A stretch of 47,511 nucleotides of DNA from the IMG/VR virus record IMGVR_UViG_3300016667_000679, positions 1 through 47,511 of that record. The stretch is one strand, 5' to 3'. Source of the stretch: a virus (lineage: Duplodnaviria > Caudoviricetes). The notes under the pieces are model-generated. The model was not told where the DNA came from. It was given only the letters and a program-made list of their open reading frames with translations, and did no database searches. The first letter of the stretch is position 1; the number at the start of each line of letters is the position of its first letter. Made by a program: the position numbers and the translations under genes. Positions 7,589-17,114 of this stretch are shown in pieces.

Positions 7589-9007
7589 TTATTTGAAACC
7601 ATCAAACGCTTTGAGTTTATCAAATTTCTTAGCCATCTTAAACTCTTCGTCGAACCTTTCTCCAAACTTGGTGTTATCCATGACAGATTTAAATTTCGGA
7701 CCATCCATAACATCTTCCTGCGCCTCTTGTTCGACATCATACAGCTTCATTCGACTTTTATCAACACCAACCACGAACCTACGTGTCAAGGCAAGATCAT
7801 TGTAGCGATTCTTCAGTTGCTTCACCATTATCTGCCCAAGATCCTGTAGATCCTCCGTTTGAATGAGCGCAAACATAAGGTCAGCAGTAGCGGGAAGCCC
7901 AAAGCTTTCCGACGTATCTTGAAGCTCAACATCTGAACTCGAATAGCCAGATCGAGTTGTCTGAGTCGCAGAGACAATCGGAACAGCAAATTCGACTGCC
8001 AATCCACGTAGCTCTTCTGCAATTGCTTTAACATAGGTGTAAGAGTTGACATTGGCTCCATTCTTAATCCTCGATGACATACAGATGTTTAGATAGTCGA
8101 TGTAGATGATGTCGGGTACAAAGTTTTTCTTAATACGAAGCTCGTTCAACAGATGGCGGAAATTAGCTGAACCAGCACAAGCTGTAGGATATTCCTTAAT
8201 GATAAGTTTACCATGCGTCTTATTCTTCAGACGCTCAATCTTTTTATCATATGCTTCCTTGGGTAGGATCTCAAGTTCATCAAGAGGAACGTTTAGAAGG
8301 TTGGCGTCGATACGTTCGGCGATCCTTTCCTCTGCCATTTCCATTGTGATATAAAGAACATTCAACCCAGCAACCAGATTACCAGCAGCACAGTGACACA
8401 TGAAAAGAGACTTACCAACACCTGTCCCTGCCAGAGCAATGTTCAGAGTCTTTGTAGGAAGTCCACCCTTGGTAATCTTGTTGAACATATCAAGATCAAA
8501 AGGAATCTTCCGTTCTTTCCTGTGATAAAATTCATATCGAGAATCTGTATCATCAAGGAAATCGTGACCGATGGCAGTGTCAAAGGAAACGCCCAACGCT
8601 TCGTTGAGGATTTGTGGGATCGCTCCCTTTGACAGCTTACCAGTCTTATCATCCAGAATGTTGATGGATGTCATGATTGCATTGTAGATAGCTTTATCTT
8701 GACAAAACTTTTCAGTTGTATCAAGAAGCCACTCCATATCCTTGTTGGACTTTTCTTCAAAGGATTGCACCATATCACTGGCAAGCTTGAACTGCTCGTC
8801 GGAAATGCCGTCCTTCTTGCCAAGATCAATAACAAGAGCTTCCTTTGTGGGAAAACTGTTGTACTCCTTGACATAATTATCAATTAGATTGAAAATAATC
8901 CGATCTGTTGAGTCTGAAAAATATTCAGGCTTTACGAAAGGAATAACCTTGCGGGCATATTCCTCATTGAAAACGAGATGCGAAAGAAGGACTTGCTCAA
9001 AATTCAC
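7589..9007 (-). CDS. 41: replicative DNA helicase (T4 gp41, DnaB-like)
   Basis: Walker A AGTGVGKS, IIYIDYLN, SATQTTR, ESFGLPATAD, KQLKNRY. Confidence 0.97.
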   Translation of the reverse strand: MNFEQVLLSHLVFNEEYARKVIPFVKPEYFSDSTDRIIFNLIDNYVKEYNSFPTKEALVIDLGKKDGISDEQFKLASDMVQSFEEKSNKDMEWLLDTTEKFCQDKAIYNAIMTSINILDDKTGKLSKGAIPQILNEALGVSFDTAIGHDFLDDTDSRYEFYHRKERKIPFDLDMFNKITKGGLPTKTLNIALAGTGVGKSLFMCHCAAGNLVAGLNVLYITMEMAEERIAERIDANLLNVPLDELEILPKEAYDKKIERLKNKTHGKLIIKEYPTACAGSANFRHLLNELRIKKNFVPDIIYIDYLNICMSSRIKNGANVNSYTYVKAIAEELRGLAVEFAVPIVSATQTTRSGYSSSDVELQDTSESFGLPATADLMFALIQTEDLQDLGQIMVKQLKNRYNDLALTRRFVVGVDKSRMKLYDVEQEAQEDVMDGPKFKSVMDNTKFGERFDEEFKMAKKFDKLKAFDGFK

Positions 9008-9211
9008 TTAGAACTCCCTGTATGTGCCGTCGCCAAATTTAAGAGATACAATTTGAGCGACCAATTTATCATTGAAAAGAAACTGAACCGTGTTCATTTC
9101 CTCGTTGATATAGTCATCTTGAAATGGATGCAGTTGGAATTCATATTCCCCCTGCGCCCACTCAACAACCTCACTCGCCTTCTTCTTCGGAATCACTACC
9201 CTGAACACCAT
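9008..9211 (-). CDS. small hypothetical protein between uvsX and gene 41 (start uncertain)
   Basis: open frame filling the uvsX-41 gap, stop abuts the gene 41 start. Confidence 0.4.
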   Translation of the reverse strand: MVFRVVIPKKKASEVVEWAQGEYEFQLHPFQDDYINEEMNTVQFLFNDKLVAQIVSLKFGDGTYREF

Positions 9212-10214
9212 AACTAAACTCCTTGTGAGCAACTTCTTCTAGTTGAGCCATAATTTCCTCAGTGAAATATTTTTCAGGATTATTGTTGATTTCTTTCCCG
9301 AAAACTTTTGCGCCGTCTGGCAGTTCGTAACGAGTTGAAACCTTCTTAATGATACCGTATTTCTCAGCTAAGTCAAGCAGTCCGTAGTAGCGATCAAGAC
9401 CTTTTTCATAAGATAGCTTTACCTCGACCTGAGCATTCTCCTTTGAGAGTCGGCTCTTGTACATTTTAACTTTGATGATGTTACCGACTACATCGGTGCC
9501 GTCCTTGTCCTTCTTCTTAGAAAGCATAGCGATTGTTGAAGCTGAATACTTCAGTCCCGAACCACCAGCGATTTCATTAGTAGGAATGTAAGCACCAACC
9601 GCAGCATACACATGGTTGGTTACTAGCATTGGCACACCAGCCTTGGCGCACTTCAGAGTTAGAATACGGAAAGCAGCTTTGATAGTAGCAGCCTTAGTCA
9701 TATCCTTGGTTTCTTTACCTTCGGTTGAATCTTCCATCTCCTTGGTGGTTGATAGCTGACCAAGCGAATCAAGAACGAAGATCATAGGCGGACGTTTATC
9801 GGCTGGCGTCTCGATATATGCATCAAGCATTTTGATAGCATGATGGCGGAATTTTTGAATAGTGTCAGGCTCAGATATGATGACACGATTTGTATCAATA
9901 CCACGAGACTCCATCATCTGCTTTGTAACAGCAGCCTCGGTATCATAATAAACAACACCACCATCAGGGTTAGCCTCTAGGAACGAACGAACAATGTTCA
10001 GAACAAAGAACGTCTTACCAGTGGCTGGCTCACCAGCGAAGGCAGTGATCTTGTTGTTAGGAACACCACCGTAAAGGCTACCTGACATCACAGCATTTAG
10101 AATGTAACAACCAGTGTCGATACACCCAGTATATTCGGCAGAACCAAGACCATCCGCTGCGATGTTTGTGTCTTCGTCTTTGATCTGCTCAACTAGATTG
10201 CGAAAAAAACTCAT
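9171..10214 (-). CDS. uvsX: RecA-like recombinase UvsX
   Basis: GEPATGKT, YYDTE, LDSLG, TNHVY, GGSGLKY. Confidence 0.96.
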   Translation of the reverse strand: MSFFRNLVEQIKDEDTNIAADGLGSAEYTGCIDTGCYILNAVMSGSLYGGVPNNKITAFAGEPATGKTFFVLNIVRSFLEANPDGGVVYYDTEAAVTKQMMESRGIDTNRVIISEPDTIQKFRHHAIKMLDAYIETPADKRPPMIFVLDSLGQLSTTKEMEDSTEGKETKDMTKAATIKAAFRILTLKCAKAGVPMLVTNHVYAAVGAYIPTNEIAGGSGLKYSASTIAMLSKKKDKDGTDVVGNIIKVKMYKSRLSKENAQVEVKLSYEKGLDRYYGLLDLAEKYGIIKKVSTRYELPDGAKVFGKEINNNPEKYFTEEIMAQLEEVAHKEFSYGVQGSDSEEEGE

Positions 10215-10228
10215 AACTACTCCTTCTC

Positions 10229-11080
10229 CTATTCCATCTTCATGATGGATTTCTTATCCAACTGAATGATACTATCTTTTAGTACATTTGTAAAGCCTTT
10301 TTTCTTCTTGGGTGGGCGACCTCGGCGAGCAACTTGTGGCTGAGAAAGCCCAATGTTAGCAGAGATCAGAAGAAGAATGGCGAGTGGGTCGAACACAAAG
10401 ATAATTACAAAAATTACATAACGAACAGCACGCTCGATCATTGATGTATCAGCTTGATCGCCATAGATCAGTTCCGCAATATATTTTAGCGGACCAACCT
10501 CAACCTCAATCTTTCTTTGCTCTTGTGTATAAACAGTTCGTTCTTCTGTTAATGCACTCAGCTTTTGTGTAGCATCATCAATCGTTGCAGTCAGATTATC
10601 ACGTTCTTGCTTTTGCGATTCTCTGAGAGCAATCGCTCCGTTTGGTCCGCGAACTCTTTGCGAGTCAAGTAGCGTTTGAACAGAAGCATCAAGTTGCTTT
10701 AGAACAGTCTGCGAACTATCAATCCTCTGCTTTTCGTTTGCAATCTTTTGATCCAGCATTGCAATTTGTTCAATTGAAACGCCAGCATTGGTAGTGGTTT
10801 CGATGTGAGCCTTTGATAGGAAACCGAAGATACCCATGCTTGTTATAAGCATAAGAATAACAACAGCGGTTGACAGATAATATCTGATTAGCCTTGGGAC
10901 TCGATTCCAGTTTCTGTACAACCAGGAAACGGTCACAACCTTGGCTGCTTCTAGGATTGTACCCATCACCAAGATTGACCAGAAAGCACCGCTGAAGATA
11001 GCAGTCAATCCTATGATAGAATAATAGCCAGCGACTACTGAGAGTGCCAGTGCTATGATTAGGGCTGCGTAATTAATCAT
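10229..11080 (-). CDS. membrane protein with coiled coil
   Basis: several hydrophobic helices, GIFGFLSKAH, long heptad region, EVGPLKYIAELIYG. Confidence 0.75.
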   Translation of the reverse strand: MINYAALIIALALSVVAGYYSIIGLTAIFSGAFWSILVMGTILEAAKVVTVSWLYRNWNRVPRLIRYYLSTAVVILMLITSMGIFGFLSKAHIETTTNAGVSIEQIAMLDQKIANEKQRIDSSQTVLKQLDASVQTLLDSQRVRGPNGAIALRESQKQERDNLTATIDDATQKLSALTEERTVYTQEQRKIEVEVGPLKYIAELIYGDQADTSMIERAVRYVIFVIIFVFDPLAILLLISANIGLSQPQVARRGRPPKKKKGFTNVLKDSIIQLDKKSIMKME

Positions 11081-11354
11081 TGATGTAATTGTCCAGTTTC
11101 TTGATGAAGGCTTGAATTTTATCGGTTCGGTTTGGCCAATAGAGATAATGTTTATCTGGGTTAGCCATCAGATTGTTTAGCAACGGCATAATCATTGCTC
11201 TCATACCCTGTAGCTTATTGGCGATCTCCTCTTTTGATTTAACAACTTCCTGATGCTTCTGTTGCACTTCCTGAAGCATTTTGTTTTCATACTCTTTGAT
11301 TTCTTCTTCGGATACAAGAGAGAAACCAAAATCATCGTCTTCGTTTAGTTTCAT
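11073..11354 (-). CDS. hypothetical phage protein
   Basis: MKLNEDDDFGF...YWPNR; ATGA overlap with the polymerase stop. Confidence 0.75.
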   Translation of the reverse strand: MKLNEDDDFGFSLVSEEEIKEYENKMLQEVQQKHQEVVKSKEEIANKLQGMRAMIMPLLNNLMANPDKHYLYWPNRTDKIQAFIKKLDNYIND

Positions 11355-12455
11355 GAGAACCAGTCCTCCAATGTTGCAATCTTTTCTGCCTTCCAACCAA
11401 TACAATCAACGATAGATGTGATAGGATCAAGGAAAGTTTTTTCAAATTGTTTTCCTTTGTCGATGTACTCGTCCAACCCAAACTCAGAAGGCAGCGCACC
11501 AGCTGTTGCGATAACAGAAGTGTTTAGTGGGTTTGGTTCTTTCAAATAAGCAAACTTGATCTTGTCACCTTCGCCGATTGGCTGAACCTTTGTCATCTTC
11601 TTCTTTTTAACATAATGATTGAAGATCAGCGCACCACGAACATGGATCGGTGTTCCCGACTTACAAATCTGATTATCGTCTTGATATTTCTTAAGACCCT
11701 TTACGCCACGAGGGAAAGCCACGTCTTCAAAAGGAAGAGTCATAAACTCATTGCGGAAATCTTCAACGAAACTCTGTAGAGATTCTTCATTTTCATTCAT
11801 GATAATCTCAAGAGCTTCCTTAATCTTACCACGACAGACGCCAGGAGTGGAAGAACGAACAGCCTCGATGCCCATCATCTTGAGCTTTGGCTTCTCATAT
11901 TGTACACCCTCATTGTTCCACACGTTGAGGATATACATCTTCTTGGCTTTCCAGATCCCCTTGTTGGCGATAGCTTCCCGCTTCATGATCATCTTCTGAG
12001 CATAAGCGTTCATCATATCTGCTAGCTCTTGGAAAGATTTATCAATAAAAGGTTGGATCTTTGCCTCGATGAATTTATCAAGAGCCTCAACAATCTTCTT
12101 CTCGTCTTTCAGACCAACGGAACTGACGATGCCACTCATATTAACATATATCGAATCTGTGTCAGAAGCAATAACATAATCAACATTCTTGGTCTTCAGC
12201 ATCTTATTCATGTACTCGTTCATCTTCCGTTCGATCCAACGAATAGAAAGCTGACCAGACATGGTGATCGCCTCGGCGTGCTTGATGTCATACCAACGGA
12301 AGTATTGGTTGCTAACCCAGCGCACCGTAGGCACTGTTCAATTGAATCTTTTTCGCCATCTGTAGATTGTGATAGCGAGAAATATCATTGACAGTTTGCC
12401 TACGGAACGCTGCAATCTCCTCATTAGTTAGAGTTGACAGTTCCACTTGTTCCAC
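11351..12455 (-). CDS. 43: DNA polymerase family B, C-terminal subunit (gp43B), frame broken at 12311-12314
   Basis: GTG at 12455 opens ...QMAKKIQLNSAYGALG then TAG; NQYFRWYD, ASDTDS and KMMGIEAVRSSTP continue in the +1 frame to 11351. Confidence 0.9.
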
Positions 12456-12457
12456 TT

Positions 12458-13150
12458 TTAATTTACCTTTCTACACATCCAACCTTTAGATCTTCCTTTT
12501 GTTGAAGGTTTGCCAGTTTTAGATGTGTTCCATAATGTTGTGTATGCAAGATTGCGTAATTGACAAAATTCTTCAAGTCTATTTGTTTTATAGATATTTC
12601 CTTCTGGACAAACAACTTCAAAGTAAGAAGACAATGAATCTCTTATTTTTTCTTTATTGTTCGCCCAATTATTTTTAGCCCATTCTTTCATAAACTCAGA
12701 ATGTTTTGGCTTTTTTCTTCCTGTGTTTTTTTCAACAGCTTTTTTTAAATTTTCGCGACTTATGTCATCATAATAATGTTTCTTTTCTGGGTCGTTTCTA
12801 GTCACCTTGACAGCTTCTGACACTTTTTTTCTAGCTTGTTCAGATCTTCTCATTGGATTATTATTTCCAGAATTATCTATGTGCGAAAATCCACCAACAC
12901 CACCAAGAGTCATATTATAGCTGGTTTCAGAGATAATTACAAGCTCTTTTTCTAGATTATACATTTCTGATTCTGATTCGCAGAATTTTAATATTTCTTT
13001 GGTGAAATTTTCTTTACCATATTTTTTTATGGATTTTTTTAAAGCTACACCAGAACCAAAATATCCATCTTTCAGATTTTCAGTTTTATGTGCACCAATA
13101 TAAAATTTACCATTTTGATTGTTTGTTATTTTATAAACATAATAGAACAT
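12458..13150 (-). CDS. GIY-YIG homing endonuclease (Seg-like)
   Basis: YVYKITN..KFYIG..YFGSG..YN motif; AT-rich; own late promoter. Confidence 0.9.
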   Translation of the reverse strand: MFYYVYKITNNQNGKFYIGAHKTENLKDGYFGSGVALKKSIKKYGKENFTKEILKFCESESEMYNLEKELVIISETSYNMTLGGVGGFSHIDNSGNNNPMRRSEQARKKVSEAVKVTRNDPEKKHYYDDISRENLKKAVEKNTGRKKPKHSEFMKEWAKNNWANNKEKIRDSLSSYFEVVCPEGNIYKTNRLEEFCQLRNLAYTTLWNTSKTGKPSTKGRSKGWMCRKVN

Positions 13151-13176
13151 TTGTTTCTCCATTACAGTTCTATTTG

Positions 13177-13184
13177 TATTTATA
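13177..13184 (-). promoter_or_regulatory. T4-type late promoter of the homing endonuclease
   Basis: exact TATAAATA just upstream of the gene. Confidence 0.8.
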
Positions 13185-13197
13185 AAATACTAGTTTC

Positions 13198-14649
13198 CTA
13201 GGTAGAAAGTAATCCACGTTTTTTCATTTCAGCATCTATCAATTCAAGTCGCTTCTTAGCTTCGATCATCTTCTTTTTGTAAACAGTTCGATCATTGTAC
13301 ATACGTTCCATGATCTCGGCTAGGAAACTCTGGTTTTCCTTTCGATAAAAACATCCATTCGCAGCATAAGAAGCATTCAGATCAGGCTCAAAGTTACCTT
13401 CAAGAAGCTCGTCGATACTTGGAATATATCCCTGTCCCGCCCATGTATCAGGACCAATGTTGTACTGCATGATAAGATGAGGATACAGAGAGTTCAAGTC
13501 GAAAGAAACAACCCACTCGCTGAGACCAATCTTTGGTTCCTTCACATATGCACCAACAAGATCAGAGCCATGCGCTTCTTGGAAAGGAGACACAACAATG
13601 TTACGATCAAGAAGGAAGTTATGAATGATAACATCCCACTGACGAACGGAAGCTAGAGTATCATCATAGTTTACCTTGGCGTCATAAGCCAGAGCCAAAA
13701 CCTGTTCGATGAATCCTAGCTTCTGCTCCAACTTCTCGATCAGTTCAACGTCGCGGATGTTATACTCGATGTACTTCTGAAAGTCTCGGTTGTACATATC
13801 CTGAAGACCATCATATTCAGAGTAATCCATCTTACGTTCGCCAAGTTCAATGTTGGCAATGTGGTCTAGGCGATATGATTCCTGAGCAGTATAGGTGAAC
13901 TTGCGATACAATGCAAAATAGTCAAGAGCCGAGATGCCAATCAGATCATAAGACATCTGCTTCTTGCCACGCATCTCAACTTCATATTCATTAAGAATAC
14001 CCCAAGGCGAAAGCTTCTTAGCTTCGTCCTCTCCAAGAAGAAGTTTGATTCGATTGACAAGATACGGAATGTCGAAGAACTCGATATTCCACCCAGTGAG
14101 AATGTCTGGCGACCATTCGTTCCAGATTGTCAGAAACGAGCGTGCCAGGGCAAACTCATCTTTACACTTGAAGTATCTTACTGATTCTTTGTGTTCCTTG
14201 TAATCACCACACCCGAAAACAACCTTCTCACCGTTGCGGGCGATAGTGATTGCGGTGATCGGATTTCTAGCAGTAGTGATGTCAGGAAAGCCTTGATCGA
14301 CAGCCACCTCGATGTCGAGGGAGACGATTGAGATATCCGAGACATTATATTTGATTTCTCCCCGAAAGTTGTCATAGATGTACGTGTAAACAAATTTGTC
14401 CAGACCATAAACCGTGAAACCTTCGACATCTTTGTATTGCTTGATGAACTCTCGGGCTTCGCTCATTGAATCAAAATCAAGCTTTGACACAGGAGCGCCA
14501 TGGATGTTCTTGTACTTTGTTTCCTTGCCTCGTGCAGGAACAAACATGTATGGTTTGTATTCAACAGTCTGCTTGAATGGCTTACCTTCGTTGTAGCCAC
14601 GAACAAGAAGTTTGTTTCTGTACTGGTAAACGTTTGTGTAAAATCGCAT
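13198..14649 (-). CDS. 43: DNA polymerase family B, N-terminal subunit (gp43A: exonuclease and part of palm/fingers)
   Basis: SLDIEV, GWNIEFFDIPY, YNIRDV, SFDLNSLYPH; ends within the fingers domain. Confidence 0.95.
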   Translation of the reverse strand: MRFYTNVYQYRNKLLVRGYNEGKPFKQTVEYKPYMFVPARGKETKYKNIHGAPVSKLDFDSMSEAREFIKQYKDVEGFTVYGLDKFVYTYIYDNFRGEIKYNVSDISIVSLDIEVAVDQGFPDITTARNPITAITIARNGEKVVFGCGDYKEHKESVRYFKCKDEFALARSFLTIWNEWSPDILTGWNIEFFDIPYLVNRIKLLLGEDEAKKLSPWGILNEYEVEMRGKKQMSYDLIGISALDYFALYRKFTYTAQESYRLDHIANIELGERKMDYSEYDGLQDMYNRDFQKYIEYNIRDVELIEKLEQKLGFIEQVLALAYDAKVNYDDTLASVRQWDVIIHNFLLDRNIVVSPFQEAHGSDLVGAYVKEPKIGLSEWVVSFDLNSLYPHLIMQYNIGPDTWAGQGYIPSIDELLEGNFEPDLNASYAANGCFYRKENQSFLAEIMERMYNDRTVYKKKMIEAKKRLELIDAEMKKRGLLST

Positions 14650-14672
14650 TGCTACTCCCTTTATAGAGTATC

Positions 14673-14701
14673 ATCATAAACTAAAATGTGTGAAAAGTCA
14701 A
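14673..14701 (-). promoter_or_regulatory. sigma70-type promoter for gene 43
   Basis: TTGACT-17-TATGAT. Confidence 0.75.
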
Positions 14702-14707
14702 GTCAGA

Positions 14708-15319
14708 TTATATAAAAACGCTCTTAGCTAAACCAAGAAGCTGTGTTCTATGATCTAATCCGTTGTATCCACCATTGATAACTTTGGTGGCACCCTTTAG
14801 ATCATCAGCATCAGCCTTAGCGTTTAATTTATTTTTATTCCAAAACCAGCCAGCTGACATGGCTGCACCTTCTGGTGTTTCAAGATATGCAACAACTTGA
14901 TCAAGAGGCATACCGATATCGTTGGCGAAGTTGGTGTAATTTGTCTTACCAGTTAGCTGAATAAGACCACGACCACGATAGGTCCAACCATCATTCGAGA
15001 TAACATCGCCGTTACCCATTCTATTGGAATAGACTCGATTAGCAATCATCTGAGGGTTGCGAGCATGAGAAGCTGCATTGTCTGGATTAAAATATTTGGG
15101 GAATACCTTGAGAAGAGCATCTGCAGAGTAATTGAGATTCTCTTTAGTGAAAAGAAATCCACCTGATTCGTGTCCAACTTGAGCAATGAAATGTGCCTTG
15201 CGTAGCGGAGTATTGATTTCATATTTCGTGAATGTTTTAATAAGCGGATTAATGTAAGAAGCAAGAGTTTCTTCTGGTGTTTTTGGGAAAACTTTTTTGA
15301 GTTGGACGAGAGCGATCAT
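14708..15319 (-). CDS. glycoside hydrolase family 19 endolysin/chitinase-like
   Basis: FIAQVGHESGG, ENLNYS, YRGRGLIQLTGKTNY, INGGYNGLDHR. Confidence 0.92.
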   Translation of the reverse strand: MIALVQLKKVFPKTPEETLASYINPLIKTFTKYEINTPLRKAHFIAQVGHESGGFLFTKENLNYSADALLKVFPKYFNPDNAASHARNPQMIANRVYSNRMGNGDVISNDGWTYRGRGLIQLTGKTNYTNFANDIGMPLDQVVAYLETPEGAAMSAGWFWNKNKLNAKADADDLKGATKVINGGYNGLDHRTQLLGLAKSVFI

Positions 15320-15366
15320 ATCATACCTCCTAAAGAATGAAGGGGGAGTTTCCTCCCCCTCCGTAT

Positions 15367-15807
15367 TTATTCTGTTAGAAGTTGTTTTGTAGTTGGCTCT
15401 GTGCCAGTTTCCTTAACTTCAATCTTACGTGGCTTCTTGTGATCTGGGATGATACGTTCTAGCCAAATCTTAAGAAGTCCATTAACAAGAGCGGCATCCT
15501 TAACTTCGATGTGGTCTTCTAGATAGAACTTACGTTCAAACGCACGATTGGCGATTCCTTTATGAATGTAAGTAGGAGTTTGCTCACCCTCAATCTTTCC
15601 TGCGATCTTAAGAGTGTTTTCTGCCATTTCTAGTTCGATATTTTGCTTACCGAATCCAGCAACAGCTAGTTCGACGAGGTATCTGTTCTCGTCAATCTTA
15701 CTGATATTGTATGGGGGATAGTTCATTTGTTTAGCAAGTTGATCGTGAGCATTTGCAACACGATGCCAAATTTCGTCAAAACCAATTAGAAAAGATGAGT
15801 TTTGCAT
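15367..15807 (-). CDS. hsp20: small heat shock protein Hsp20 (IbpA-like)
   Basis: YPPYNI, ELAVAGF, HKGIANRAFER, NGLLKI, KKPRKIEV. Confidence 0.95.
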   Translation of the reverse strand: MQNSSFLIGFDEIWHRVANAHDQLAKQMNYPPYNISKIDENRYLVELAVAGFGKQNIELEMAENTLKIAGKIEGEQTPTYIHKGIANRAFERKFYLEDHIEVKDAALVNGLLKIWLERIIPDHKKPRKIEVKETGTEPTTKQLLTE

Positions 15808-15833
15808 ATTTTGCCTCCTTTAGACAGCAAGTG
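15808..15833 (-). promoter_or_regulatory. ROSE-like RNA thermometer at the hsp20 RBS
   Basis: CUUGCU can pair with SD AGGAG with a bulged G. Confidence 0.6.
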
Positions 15834-15906
15834 AAAAAGCGACCGCGAGTAGCCAGACTGCAACAACCGCAAATTCAAAATGCGGTGTTTCAATAAAAGT
15901 ACGCAT
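15820..15906 (-). CDS. 28-aa hydrophobic peptide upstream of hsp20
   Basis: MRTFIETPHFEFAVVAVWLLAVAFSLAV* with strong GGAGG RBS. Confidence 0.55.
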   Translation of the reverse strand: MRTFIETPHFEFAVVAVWLLAVAFSLAV

Positions 15907-15994
15907 GTATACCTCCAAAAGCAAGGTTAGAATTCAGTCTGACCCAAAAAGCGATCAGACCATATTATATAGGTGCTACGCAATATTTGTAAAG
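15907..15994 (-). promoter_or_regulatory. RpoH-like promoter, leader hairpin and second ROSE-like element
   Basis: CTTTAC-15-CCTATAT; GTCTGA/TCAGAC hairpin; ACCUUGCUuuuGGAGGU over the RBS. Confidence 0.5.
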
Positions 15995-16431
15995 GGGTAA
16001 GTGTAAAAATTTATCACGATTCCTGCATGACGAAACATATGCTTGGTTTCTGATGTATGAAACTTTTCGTGATATGCATCGTTGTCAATAAAAGGTGAGA
16101 CTACCCGAGCGATTCCTTTTTGCACGATTGACTTGGCGCATTCATTACAAGGAAAATGTGTGGTATAAAGGGTGCAGCCTCGAACAGAGCCATCATAGTT
16201 ATCAAGAGCATTTCGTTCAGCATGAGACACCAGCTTAATCTTCACATCTCTGTTGAGATAATCTTCTTCGAGATCAGGGACTCCACGAGGGAATCCGTTG
16301 TAACCCATACTCAGCACCCGTCGATCTTCTGTTACAATAACAGAGCCAACCTTTGTCGAGGGATCCTTCGACCAAGTGGCAACATGCTGAGCAAGTTCAA
16401 TAAACCGCTGATCCCACTTTTTGTTTAGCAT
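15976..16431 (-). CDS. cd: dCMP deaminase
   Basis: SKDPSTKVG, GYNGFPRG, HAERNA, PCNEC. Confidence 0.93.
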   Translation of the reverse strand: MLNKKWDQRFIELAQHVATWSKDPSTKVGSVIVTEDRRVLSMGYNGFPRGVPDLEEDYLNRDVKIKLVSHAERNALDNYDGSVRGCTLYTTHFPCNECAKSIVQKGIARVVSPFIDNDAYHEKFHTSETKHMFRHAGIVINFYTYPFTNIA

Positions 16432-16432
16432 T

Positions 16433-16963
16433 TCAAATCCAATCTGGAGCTTCTCGATTACGCCAATTCAGCATCTTGGTCTTACCGAACTTGTAATAGT
16501 TGCGATAATTTTCAACAACATCATCTGAGATGATATACTCAGGAGCCATCGCCGAGGGAGGCTCAGTCCAGTCCCATGCCTTCAGTTCAAGCGGAGGCGA
16601 CTGAAGATAGTAAGCAAGTTCAGCGACCTTGTGCTTCTTACCGTAACGATAAGTGTACTCGCCAAGAAGAGCAAAGAGATGATCGGCAAGCCAGAGATAG
16701 TTTTCTACAGACTGGCGACACCAAACTGCTGAGGGATGATTTACATGGGTAGCCTGATACATGATCTGATCGCGATGATCTGGGAGTCGCCACCGTTTAG
16801 CTTTGCGCCCACTAGCAGAGCTACCTTCGTACTGCTCGCCGTCAATTACACGATGGGCAGTAGAAAGGAGTTGAGCGGACTCCAGAATCATCTTCACAAC
16901 ATGTTTGTCAACCATCCACTCAGCAGCTTGGACTGGGTCGCGGGAAATGAAGAAGATATTCAT
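16433..16963 (-). CDS. pyrimidine-dimer DNA glycosylase/DenV-related protein
   Basis: MNIFF, DKHVVKMILESAQLLSTAH, THVNHPSAVW, YRNYY. Confidence 0.75.
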   Translation of the reverse strand: MNIFFISRDPVQAAEWMVDKHVVKMILESAQLLSTAHRVIDGEQYEGSSASGRKAKRWRLPDHRDQIMYQATHVNHPSAVWCRQSVENYLWLADHLFALLGEYTYRYGKKHKVAELAYYLQSPPLELKAWDWTEPPSAMAPEYIISDDVVENYRNYYKFGKTKMLNWRNREAPDWI

Positions 16964-16965
16964 GG

Positions 16966-17106
16966 TCACTTACTCACATAATAATTTCGATTGTTCTTGA
17001 GTTGAACAACTACTGTTTTCCAGTAGCGTTTAGCCCATCTAGTTTTAGCATTCTTTTTTGCTGTGTTTGCCAGATGGAGTCTTTCAAGATAAACCATTTC
17101 ACTCAT
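16966..17106 (-). CDS. small basic hypothetical protein (46 aa)
   Basis: open frame exactly filling the gap between flanking genes. Confidence 0.45.
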   Translation of the reverse strand: MSEMVYLERLHLANTAKKNAKTRWAKRYWKTVVVQLKNNRNYYVSK

Positions 17107-17114
17107 AACAAAAA

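Noticed and set aside
12312-12314. Amber (TAG) reassignment as explanation for the stop in the polymerase
   Set aside because: Read-through would stay in the wrong frame, TAG serves as a normal stop elsewhere (13198, 15976), and no CUA-anticodon tRNA is present in the window
11351-12334. ORF-track start MPTVRWV for the polymerase C-terminal part
   Set aside because: It would omit the essential KIQLNSAYG motif, which is encoded upstream in another frame from 12455
12456-13197. Group I intron or intein in gene 43
   Set aside because: The endonuclease ORF fills almost the whole gap, leaving no room for a ribozyme core; both halves have their own stop/start and no intein termini are visible
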